From NCBI GenBank assembly GCA_937961295.1, contig CALGOK010000144.1, positions 1-56,875 on the forward strand: DNA of 56,875 bases. The letters run 5' to 3'. The position numbers were made by a program, and so were the translations under genes. The stretch is from an uncultured Gemmatimonadota bacterium (GTDB taxonomy: Bacteria > Gemmatimonadota > Gemmatimonadetes > Gemmatimonadales > GWC2-71-9). The stretch's first letter is position 1. Each line of letters starts with the position of its first letter. Below the pieces are notes generated by a model. That model made no database searches. It was not told the origin of the DNA and worked only from the letters and a program-made list of their open reading frames with translations. Positions 33,899-41,490 of the stretch are shown here, piece by piece.

Positions 33899-34918
33899 AT
33901 GCCGCCCACACGTCGCACCCTCGTTCCCCTGATGGCCCTGTTCCTCGCCGGCTGCACCGACGCCTTCACCGGCGGCATCTGGGGCGGCGGCGGGCGTGGC
34001 GGCGATTCCCAGCCGCCGCCCGACTACAGCGGTTCGCTCGCCAGCGGCATCGCCGCCGCGCGCGGCATGGCCCGCTACCTCGCCGCCCAGGCGGTGGACG
34101 AGCTTCCCGCAGGGAACGCGACCTTCGTCGAGGCGGCCCCGGTGGCGCGAACCGGCGCGGTGAGCGTGGGGATCCGGAGCACGCGGGTTCCGCGATACCA
34201 GCCCGATTCGCGTGGCACGTCGTTCTCCCCCGACGCCGGCCAGATACAATCGATCGGCACGAGGGACACGCCAGGGGCCAGCGTCGCGATGGATGTGGCG
34301 GTGGGACTCCTCCCCGGCGTGGCGGTGGGCGCAACACGCGTGATGAGCGTCGAATTCCTCGGCTCGGCACTCTTCGCGGACCACTCCACGCGCACCTCGA
34401 GCGGCACCCTGATGCGCGAAGGTCCGTCGTTCGGGGTCGGTGTCAGGCTCGGCATGATGACCGAGACGCCGACGCTGCCGGGAGTGTCGCTCAGCCTTCG
34501 GCGTCAGGCTCTCCCAACCACTGCCTTCCGGTCGGCCGAGTTGCCCACCCACGGCGCGCCGATGGAGCTCGGCATGGGCCAAGCCACCGGCACGGCGACC
34601 TCGCTCCGGCTCGCCGCAGGCAAGACTTTCGGTCGCGTCGGCCTGTCGCTGGGATGGGGACACGACGCGGTGTCGGGTGAGGGCGTGGTGTTCGCCGAGG
34701 TGGGTTCCGGCGAGAAGCGCTTGGAACAGCTCTCCTACCAAAGCTCGCGGTGGTCGGTGTTCGGTGGGGTGGATGTGCGCGTCGTGCCGCAACTCGCCCT
34801 GGGTGTCGAGTTCGCCCACGGCAACAGCTCGTTCCAGGGACTCGGCGACCCACTGGTGGGTGAAGGGACCAGCTGGTCGCGGAGCCGGCTGAGCGTCGGG
34901 GCACGGGTGCGGCCCTAG
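33899..34918 (+). CDS. Lipoprotein, probable beta-barrel/outer-membrane protein (paralog of 35780..36751)
   Basis: MPPTRRTLVPLMALFLAGCTD is a lipobox. It shares PGVSLSLRRQALPTTAFRS and SLRLAAGKTFGRVGLSLGWGHD with the paralog. The C-terminus has alternating beta-strand-like patterns. Confidence 0.75.
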   Translation: MPPTRRTLVPLMALFLAGCTDAFTGGIWGGGGRGGDSQPPPDYSGSLASGIAAARGMARYLAAQAVDELPAGNATFVEAAPVARTGAVSVGIRSTRVPRYQPDSRGTSFSPDAGQIQSIGTRDTPGASVAMDVAVGLLPGVAVGATRVMSVEFLGSALFADHSTRTSSGTLMREGPSFGVGVRLGMMTETPTLPGVSLSLRRQALPTTAFRSAELPTHGAPMELGMGQATGTATSLRLAAGKTFGRVGLSLGWGHDAVSGEGVVFAEVGSGEKRLEQLSYQSSRWSVFGGVDVRVVPQLALGVEFAHGNSSFQGLGDPLVGEGTSWSRSRLSVGARVRP

Positions 34919-34986
34919 GAGCCGCGACCTCGCGCCGTTGGTGTTCACCCTGTAGCGTCTAGTCGGTCCCGATCCGGGAGGTTGCC

Positions 34987-35484
34987 ATGGCACGGTCGGC
35001 CCTGATGTCGCTGGTCCTCCTCGTCCTCGCGCCGCTGGTCGCGGTCGCGCAGGCGCCATCGCTCGGCAGCACCTTGCGGGTGCGCGGGGCCTGCCCCACC
35101 GCCCCCGATTGCCCCACGGTGATCGGCACGCTGCGACACCACTCGGGCGACTCGCTGGTGATCCGCGAGCCCGACGGTGTCGAGCATCATCTCCGCGTCG
35201 GACCCGCCACCACGGTCGACTACCCCCACGGCACCCGCCGCTACACCCTGGAGGGACTGGGGCTCGGTGCGGTCGCCGGGTTGGTCGTTGGATCGATCAG
35301 TCAGGCGAACTGCACGGGCTATTGTGGCTATGAGGTCACGGGAGGTCTGCTCCTGGGATCCGGTGTCGGTGCCCTGGTAGGCGCAATCATCCGCACGACA
35401 CGATGGGAACGGGTGCCACCCGCGGCGCTAGCGGTGCGACGCGTGGGCGATCGTTCCGTGGTGGCACTGGGCGTGGAGTTCTAG
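34987..35484 (+). CDS. Secreted small protein with C-terminal glycine-zipper segment
   Basis: GGGAGG lies upstream of ATG 34987. The signal is MARSALMSLVLLVLAPLVAVAQA. Glycine-zipper segments are GLGLGAVAGLVVGSI and GLLLGSGVGALVGAII. It is a paralog of 36828..37352 and 37565..38113. Confidence 0.75.
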   Translation: MARSALMSLVLLVLAPLVAVAQAPSLGSTLRVRGACPTAPDCPTVIGTLRHHSGDSLVIREPDGVEHHLRVGPATTVDYPHGTRRYTLEGLGLGAVAGLVVGSISQANCTGYCGYEVTGGLLLGSGVGALVGAIIRTTRWERVPPAALAVRRVGDRSVVALGVEF

Positions 35485-35547
35485 CGGGCGGAGCGGCGCC
35501 CGACGGCGCCGTGAGTGTTTCTGGCGCTTCCCGTTTACGGAGATTAC

Positions 35548-35690
35548 ATGCCCCGTCTCTCGCTCGTCGCCGTCGGCGCGAGTCCGGTCGCCGGACTGCG
35601 CGCTGCACACACCGCCGTGCTCATTCCCGTCGGCGCCGTTGCCGGCCTGGTGGTCGGGGCGATGCTCAAGATGGAGAATCGAGGACGACG
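35548..35690 (+). pseudogene. Probable internally deleted remnant of a glycine-zipper paralog
   Basis: MPRLSLVAVGA...PVGAVAGLVVGAMLKMENR keeps only the start and the glycine zipper of the 37565..38113 type. The 5' region matches 37530-37590 closely. Confidence 0.35.
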
Positions 35691-35779
35691 CCACAGCTCC
35701 AACCATCGACTCTACTCGCTTGATGGTCCCGTCACGCACCGGGGCGATCCTGTTGCCGGTTCATTGCCTGGAGGTCACG

Positions 35780-36751
35780 ATGTCACGTGTGACGCATGCG
35801 CCTTTCCTCGCCGTGGTGGCGCTCCTGGGAGCCTGTGGCCCCTACAATCCGTTCCACGTGGAGGTCTTCGACGGCCTCGGCAAGGCGCGTGACATTGCCC
35901 AGCGACTCGCCATGGAGTCCATGGATGATGTGGTCGGTGGCAACGCCGTGCTGGGACAGGGGGGACCGACCGTACGCGCCGGGGGAGTGACGGTCGTGGT
36001 GCGGGCTTCGCGGCGCGATCGCGGGACCCCGACCCTGGACGGCGCGACGCTGAGCGAGCAGGGCAGCCAGTCGGCGACGATTCCGGTCATGACATCGTCG
36101 TCCATGACGGTCGCGGCCGACCTGGCGTTCACGCCTTGGGCGGGATTCCGGAGCGGGAAGACCCGAATCCTCTCGCTCGAGGCGCTTGTTTCGGTGTCGG
36201 CGCAGGACAAGTCCGGAAGCGGCCAACTGGGACTCGAGCGGTCTGGTGGACTGGCGCTCGGGCTCGGAAGCCGGATCGGCATCGTTGGCGAAACCCAGCA
36301 AGTGCCAGGAGTCTCACTCAGCTTCAAGCGCACGACCCTGCCGGCGCTTGCGTTCCGTACCACCGGGATACCCACCGACGCCGGACGATCAATCGAGCTC
36401 GGCATGAGCCAGTTCGATGGTCACGTCAGCAGCGTTCGCCTCGCGGCGGAGAAGCACTTCGGTCGCCTCGGCGTCACTGCCGGGTGGGGGAACGATGATC
36501 TGCAAGCCACCGCCGCGCTTGAAGCCACCATCACCGATCCGGGCGGCGTCACCGACACCCAGGGTGGCTCCTTCGATGCGTCACGACAGGTGCTCTTCAT
36601 CGGTGGATCGTACCGGTTGAGCAGGGCTGTCTCGGTCGCCGCCGAGGTGAGTCGGGCCACGCACACCGCGCCGCCGAGCTGGAACACGGTTGGGACGAGC
36701 AGCTCCTGGTCGAGTACCCTGATGAGCGTGGGGGTGCAATTCGGGCACTGA
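35780..36751 (+). CDS. Lipoprotein, probable beta-barrel/outer-membrane protein (paralog of 33899..34918)
   Basis: ATG 35780 gives MSRVTHAPFLAVVALLGACGP. PGVSLSFKRTTLPALAFRT and SVRLAAEKHFGRLGVTAGWGND match the paralog. Confidence 0.75.
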   Translation: MSRVTHAPFLAVVALLGACGPYNPFHVEVFDGLGKARDIAQRLAMESMDDVVGGNAVLGQGGPTVRAGGVTVVVRASRRDRGTPTLDGATLSEQGSQSATIPVMTSSSMTVAADLAFTPWAGFRSGKTRILSLEALVSVSAQDKSGSGQLGLERSGGLALGLGSRIGIVGETQQVPGVSLSFKRTTLPALAFRTTGIPTDAGRSIELGMSQFDGHVSSVRLAAEKHFGRLGVTAGWGNDDLQATAALEATITDPGGVTDTQGGSFDASRQVLFIGGSYRLSRAVSVAAEVSRATHTAPPSWNTVGTSSSWSSTLMSVGVQFGH

Positions 36752-36827
36752 ACGCGACGGGACCGAGCCTCTGGTGCCGACGATCCACGACCCGTAGCAT
36801 TGAGTGGTGTCCGCTCAGGAGGTTACC

Positions 36828-37352
36828 GTGGCATGCAGGATCCCGTACCCGCTGGTCAGGGCGTTCGGCCTTCTCACGCTCGCGGCCACGACCGCAGCAG
36901 CGCAGGACGTTCCTCTGGGTTCCCGGATCCGGGTGCTCGGCACGTGCCCGGCTATCGCCGGATGCGATCCCGTGATCGGTACCCTCCACCAACGCCAGGG
37001 CGACTCACTGGTGGTCCGGACCGAGGATGGCAGTGAACGTCGGCTGCTTCTCGGCCCACGTGCCACGCTCGAGGTACATCGCGGTCGCCGGGGCCAGACG
37101 GTCCAGGGGCTCCTGGTCGGGTCGCTCGCCGGTCTGGTCGCCGGGGCCATCGACGCCAAGCGCTGCCACAAGGCGCCCGGCGAGGACCTGTGCGACCTGA
37201 GCTATGCCTTCGGGACCCTCGCGGGAGCCGGGATCGGCATGCTGGTCGGCGCGGTGATCAAGACGGACAGGTGGGAGGCGGTGCCGCGCGCGACCACCGT
37301 GATGGCGCCTGGCGTGAGGGGGGTGCGGTTGGGGGTGCAGTTGGCGATCTGA
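36828..37352 (+). CDS. Secreted small protein with glycine-zipper segment (paralog)
   Basis: AGGAGG lies 5 nt upstream of GTG 36828. GSRIRVLGTCPAIAGCDPVIGTL and GLLVGSLAGLVAGAI...GAGIGMLVGAVIKTDRWE parallel 34987..35484. Confidence 0.7.
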   Translation: MACRIPYPLVRAFGLLTLAATTAAAQDVPLGSRIRVLGTCPAIAGCDPVIGTLHQRQGDSLVVRTEDGSERRLLLGPRATLEVHRGRRGQTVQGLLVGSLAGLVAGAIDAKRCHKAPGEDLCDLSYAFGTLAGAGIGMLVGAVIKTDRWEAVPRATTVMAPGVRGVRLGVQLAI

Positions 37353-37390
37353 GGCGATCGCCCGTTCCACAGGGGTGGCATCTCCCCGGC

Positions 37391-37515
37391 ATCCGCCGCT
37401 ACACCCTCAAACGACACGGCCTCGGCGCGAGCATTCGCACCACACGATGTCAACGGGTTCCACCGGCGGCGCTGGCGGTGCGACGGGTCGGTGGTCGTTC
37501 CGTGGTGGCATCGGT
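37391..37515 (+). pseudogene. Deleted fragment of a 34987..35484-type gene
   Basis: It reads RRYTLKRHGLGASIRTTRCQRVPPAALAVRRVGGRSVVA, against RRYTLEGLGLGAV...IIRTTRWERVPPAALAVRRVGDRSVVA in the intact copy. The glycine-zipper core is missing. Confidence 0.6.
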
Positions 37516-37564
37516 GCCCAGTCCCGCGAGTGTGTTTCCGGCGCTTCGCATCCCCGGAGGTTTC

Positions 37565-38113
37565 ATGCCTCGTCTCTCGCTCCTCGCACTTGGCGCCCTG
37601 ACACTCGTGCCGCTGGTATTGCACGCCCAGGACGTCCGCCCCGGATCGCGGATCCGGGTGCGCGGACCGTGCGGCATCGGGGAGCACTGTGTCCCGGTCA
37701 CCGGGAGCTATGTGGCGTGGAACGGCACCACCCTGACGCTTCGCGACGGGCAGGGCGCGCAGCGGCAGCACGAGATCAGTCCCGCATCGACCGTGGAGGT
37801 GTTCCGGGGTAGCCGCGGCCATGCGCTGGCGGGACTCGCATTCGGAGCCGGCCTCGGACTGATCGTCGGCGTGATCGCTGCCGACGACTGTGCCAACGAG
37901 CTCGAACTGAGTCCCGTTGCCGGACTCTGCGGCGGCACCTACGTGGTCGGTGGTGTCGGCGTCGGTGCCCTGACGGGCTTGCTGGTCGGCGCGCTGATGA
38001 AGAGCGAGCGGTGGGATCGGCTGTCGGCTCCCACTACGGCGATGAGCGAGCGGTCGTTCGTCGTCGTGCCGGTGCGGGGCGGGGTCGGAGTGGGGATGGG
38101 GGTGAGGTTCTGA
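37565..38113 (+). CDS. Secreted small protein with glycine-zipper segment (paralog)
   Basis: ATG 37565 gives MPRLSLLALGALTLVPLVLHAQ. GSRIRVRGPCGIGEHCVPVTGS and GLAFGAGLGLIVGVI...GVGVGALTGLLVGALMKSERWD are present. Confidence 0.75.
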   Translation: MPRLSLLALGALTLVPLVLHAQDVRPGSRIRVRGPCGIGEHCVPVTGSYVAWNGTTLTLRDGQGAQRQHEISPASTVEVFRGSRGHALAGLAFGAGLGLIVGVIAADDCANELELSPVAGLCGGTYVVGGVGVGALTGLLVGALMKSERWDRLSAPTTAMSERSFVVVPVRGGVGVGMGVRF

Positions 38114-38164
38114 GGCCCGCGGGCACCATCGTCCTGCTCCACGAAGTCCACCACCCACATCGTC

Positions 38165-38767
38165 CTACTCAGGCAGCACCAGGCTCCGGCCCTTCCGGGT
38201 GATCGGCGTCACTGCGCCCGGTTGCTGAATGAACTCGGCAAGTGCGGCGCGCAGCTGCTCGGTGTCGGCGGTGATCAGGATATCGGACGGGCCGAGGACC
38301 CCCTCGGTGAGTCGCACGTGGGAAACGGAGAGCGATCCCCCGGCGATGGCATCCGCGAGGGCGTCGAGGTCGAATGCAGCGAACTCGAGTTCTGCTCCCG
38401 TACGCCGCACCAGGTACTGCGAATATGTCTCGAGCGCCCACGGGTAGTAGCCCACGGAATCGCTGCCAGGCAGCGAGCTGAGGTCGAGCCGCACCTCGAG
38501 CAGGTCATAGTCTCCCCCGAACGTCCCGATTCGGAGCTCGTACGACGGGGTTTGGGCCTCAGGGTCTGGGGAGGTGATCCTGTAGACTCCGGGCTTGGAC
38601 TCCGTGATCAACAGGCTCACCGAGTCTTCGGGGCCAACGAGGGTCCAGCTACCCAGGATCCTCGAATCGGTGATGCCGGCATCGTAGGGAACCGCGGGCT
38701 TCAGCGAGACGACCGACGTGCAGGCACCGAGGGTGACCAGGCAGGCAAGCAGGAACCCGGAACGCAC
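38165..38767 (-). CDS. Lipoprotein, function unknown
   Basis: GTG 38767 is preceded by AGGAGG. MRSGFLLACLVTLGACTS is a lipobox. Confidence 0.7.
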   Translation of the reverse strand: MRSGFLLACLVTLGACTSVVSLKPAVPYDAGITDSRILGSWTLVGPEDSVSLLITESKPGVYRITSPDPEAQTPSYELRIGTFGGDYDLLEVRLDLSSLPGSDSVGYYPWALETYSQYLVRRTGAELEFAAFDLDALADAIAGGSLSVSHVRLTEGVLGPSDILITADTEQLRAALAEFIQQPGAVTPITRKGRSLVLPE

Positions 38768-38873
38768 GACTCCTCCTTGGTGGGGACGGGCGCGGCGCCG
38801 GGAATCGGAGTGCCGATCCGGCGGCGCTCAACCCTACCGCCGTGGCGGCGCGGCGCAAGGGGAGGTCCGGGTC

Positions 38874-38950
38874 CTGTCATTTCGAGCCGGCCGCGAAGAG
38901 CGGCGGGCTTCCGCCCCCTCCCCCTCACTTCGTTCGGGGTCGGGGTGACA
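38874..38950. repeat. Degenerate GTCACCCCGAG-family unit
   Basis: CTGTCATTTCGAGCCGGCCGCGAAGAGCGGC...CCGCCCCCTCCCCCTCACTTCGTTCGGGGTCGGGGTGACAAG. Confidence 0.75.
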
Positions 38951-39028
38951 AGCGCTTCCGCGGCGCGCATCGGTGAAACCACCCCCACCTTCGCGCGTCC
39001 GGTACCCGGAACCCTCCCCGGAGTCCCG

Positions 39029-40102
39029 ATGCGCCTGTGCGCCCCCGCGGCCCTCCTTGTCGCGTGCACCATTTCCGCCGCCGCTCAGCAGCCCGCCCGC
39101 GAAGCGACCCTCGGCTTTCCGATCGGCATCGCCCAGCTCGCCGACGGTACCTTCCTCATCAGCGAACGCCGCAACCACCGGGTGATGCGCCTCGACGCCG
39201 ACGCCGGCACGCTCACGCCGTTCGCGGGAACGGGGGAGGCCGGATTCTCGGGCGACGGTGGGCCCGCACGCCAAGCGCAGCTGCAGTGTCCAGACGCGGT
39301 GGACGCCGACTCGCGCGGGAACGTCTACATCGCCGATCGCTGCAACGAACGGATCCGGCGCGTCGACGCCGCCACGGGCGTGATCACCACGGTGGCCGGC
39401 AGCGGGTTGCGCGGTCCCGGGCCGGACGGCCCCGCGCTCGACGTGAACCTGATGGGGGTGTTCTACCTGCGGGTGCACGACGACAACACGATCCTCTTCA
39501 CCGACACCGACGCGCACCGCATTCGTGAACTCGACCTGCGGCGGGGCACGATCACCACGCTCGCCGGCAACGGCTACCGCGGCTTCAGCGGCGACGGCGG
39601 ACCGGCACGCGACGCGACGCTGGCCAGGCCTCACGTGGTGCTCCGACTCCGCAACGGCAACCTGGTCATCGGCGATTCATTCAATCGCCGGATCCGCGAG
39701 GTGTCGGCGCGCGACGGCACCATCCGCACCATCGCCGGCGTGGGCGACGCGCTGGGCGAGCGACCGGCGCAGCACGGCGCGCTCGCGCTCGAGTCGCCGC
39801 TGCTGTTCTTCGGTGAGATCCATGAACTCGACGACGGCGACCTGCTCTGGACCGAGTGGGGTTCGAGCCAGATCGTGCGGCTCGACCGCACCACCGGCCG
39901 GCTGCGCGTGGTCGCCGGTTCGACCGCGTTCGGGCGCCACGATCCCGACGGCGCGCTCAGCGACAATCCGGCGATCGGCGCGATGGTCGACTTCGTGATT
40001 GACGAGCAGGGCCGCTACGTGGTGACGGTGTCGGGCGAGGGACTGGTCCGGCGGATCGACGTCGCGCGCGGGACGGTGGAGACGCTGGCGGGGAGGCCGT
40101 AG
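39029..40102 (+). CDS. Secreted NHL-repeat beta-propeller protein
   Basis: ATG 39029 gives MRLCAPAALLVACTISAAAQ. It has repeated units ...FAGTGEAGFSGDGGPARQAQL..P..V..D..GN.YIAD..N.RIRRVD.. (at least 4 copies). Confidence 0.85.
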   Translation: MRLCAPAALLVACTISAAAQQPAREATLGFPIGIAQLADGTFLISERRNHRVMRLDADAGTLTPFAGTGEAGFSGDGGPARQAQLQCPDAVDADSRGNVYIADRCNERIRRVDAATGVITTVAGSGLRGPGPDGPALDVNLMGVFYLRVHDDNTILFTDTDAHRIRELDLRRGTITTLAGNGYRGFSGDGGPARDATLARPHVVLRLRNGNLVIGDSFNRRIREVSARDGTIRTIAGVGDALGERPAQHGALALESPLLFFGEIHELDDGDLLWTEWGSSQIVRLDRTTGRLRVVAGSTAFGRHDPDGALSDNPAIGAMVDFVIDEQGRYVVTVSGEGLVRRIDVARGTVETLAGRP

Positions 40103-40104
40103 AA

Positions 40105-40325
40105 CTGTCACCCCGAGGAACTGCCACCCCGAGGAACTGTCACCCCGAGGGAGCGAAGCGACCGAGGGGGAGGGGGCGGAGGCCGGCAGGGATCTGAGTT
40201 GGCCGCGGGCTCGACGTGAATCGGAGCCCTGTCACCCCGAGGAAGCGAAGCGACCGAGGGGGCGGAGCCTGCCCGGCAAGCTCCGCCCCCTCGCCCTCGC
40301 TGCGCGAGGACTCGGGGTGACAGTT
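40105..40325. repeat. Composite of two GTCACCCCGAG-family units with triplicated left terminus
   Basis: CTGTCACCCCGAGGAACTGCCACCCCGAGGAACTGTCACCCCGAGGGAGCG... then CCTGTCACCCCGAGGAAGCG...GACTCGGGGTGACAGTTC. It fills the whole gap between two convergent stops. Confidence 0.88.
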
Positions 40326-41261
40326 CTACGGACTCCCGGCCAAAAACCCCAGCATCACCTCGCGCACCACCGCGGCCTCCTCGATGTGCGGCAGGTGGCC
40401 AGCGAAGTCGACCGGGACGAATTGCGCGTCCGGGATGGCGCGCAGCACCACCTCCGACTTGTCGAACGGCACCGTCTGGTCTTCCCGCCCCCAGATGAGC
40501 AGCACCGGCACGCCGGTGCGCGACACCTCGCCGTAGAGCGCCGCCATGTCGGTCGTGCCGAAGTTGCGGAGCGTGGAGAGCAGCGCGCGCCCGAAGCCGC
40601 GGTACTGCATCTGCACCCGGTACTGATCCACCCAGGTGGGAAAGCGTTCCGGGTGCACGAAGTCGCTCAGCTGTCCCTCGTCCATGGTCGGCACGCCGAT
40701 CACCTGGAAGAACCACGGCCCGATCACCGGCCAACTCACCGGTGCGGTGAGCACGATGCTGTCGACCACCGGATCGACCAGCGTGAGGGTGCGGACGCGA
40801 CTCGGATACTTCACCGTGAATGCCGCGGTGGTGTAGCCGCCGAACGACAGTCCCATCAAGTCCACCGGTCCGGTCACGCGAAGCGAATCGAGCAGCTCGG
40901 TGAGCTGACCGACGATCAGCGACTCGTCGTATTCCACGTCGGGACGATCGGAGTACCCGCGCCCGAACGCGTCGTAGCGGATCACCCGGTAGCCGTCAGC
41001 GGCAAGTCCCACCACGGTCGAGTCCCAGATGTACATCGGCACCGAGAAGCCGTGCACCAGCACCACGGTGCGGCCGGTGTCGGGTCCGGTGATGTCGTAG
41101 TGCGTCACCCCCTGCGACAGCGTCACGAACTCGCCGGGCGCCTGGGCGCGGGCCTCGTCGTCGAGGTCGGCGCGCTCGGGATTGCGGATGACCGTGAGGG
41201 CCACCAGCGCGATGACAATGAAGACCAGTACCGAGAGGAGGATCCGGATGGCGCGTTGCAT
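40326..41261 (-). CDS. Alpha/beta hydrolase with N-terminal membrane anchor
   Basis: VVLVHGFSVPMYIWD is the HG oxyanion motif and LMGLSFGG is the GxSxG nucleophile. The N-terminal TM segment is ILLSVLVFIVIALVALTVI. Confidence 0.85.
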   Translation of the reverse strand: MQRAIRILLSVLVFIVIALVALTVIRNPERADLDDEARAQAPGEFVTLSQGVTHYDITGPDTGRTVVLVHGFSVPMYIWDSTVVGLAADGYRVIRYDAFGRGYSDRPDVEYDESLIVGQLTELLDSLRVTGPVDLMGLSFGGYTTAAFTVKYPSRVRTLTLVDPVVDSIVLTAPVSWPVIGPWFFQVIGVPTMDEGQLSDFVHPERFPTWVDQYRVQMQYRGFGRALLSTLRNFGTTDMAALYGEVSRTGVPVLLIWGREDQTVPFDKSEVVLRAIPDAQFVPVDFAGHLPHIEEAAVVREVMLGFLAGSP

Positions 41262-41336
41262 GGCAGGGCCGGCGCGGGTGGGGCGGGGGGATGCTTGGAG
41301 GTTAGTGCGGTGGCGAGAATCCGTTACCCTGAGGCG

Positions 41337-41467
41337 CTGTCACCCCGAGCCCTCGCGCAGCGAGGGCGAGGGGGCGGAGCCTGCCGAATGCGAATGCCGG
41401 CCTAAACCCCCTCGCTCGCTGCGCTCACTCGGGGCGGCCGCGAAGAGCGGCCGGCTCGGGGAGACAG
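41337..41467. repeat. GTCACCCCGAG-family unit
   Basis: CTGTCACCCCGAGCCCTCGCGCAGCGAGGGCGAGGGGGCGGAGCCTGCCGAATGCGAATGCCGGCC...GGCCGGCTCGGGGAGACAG. Confidence 0.85.
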
Positions 41468-41490
41468 CCGCGCGGAGGGCGGGGAGGTCC

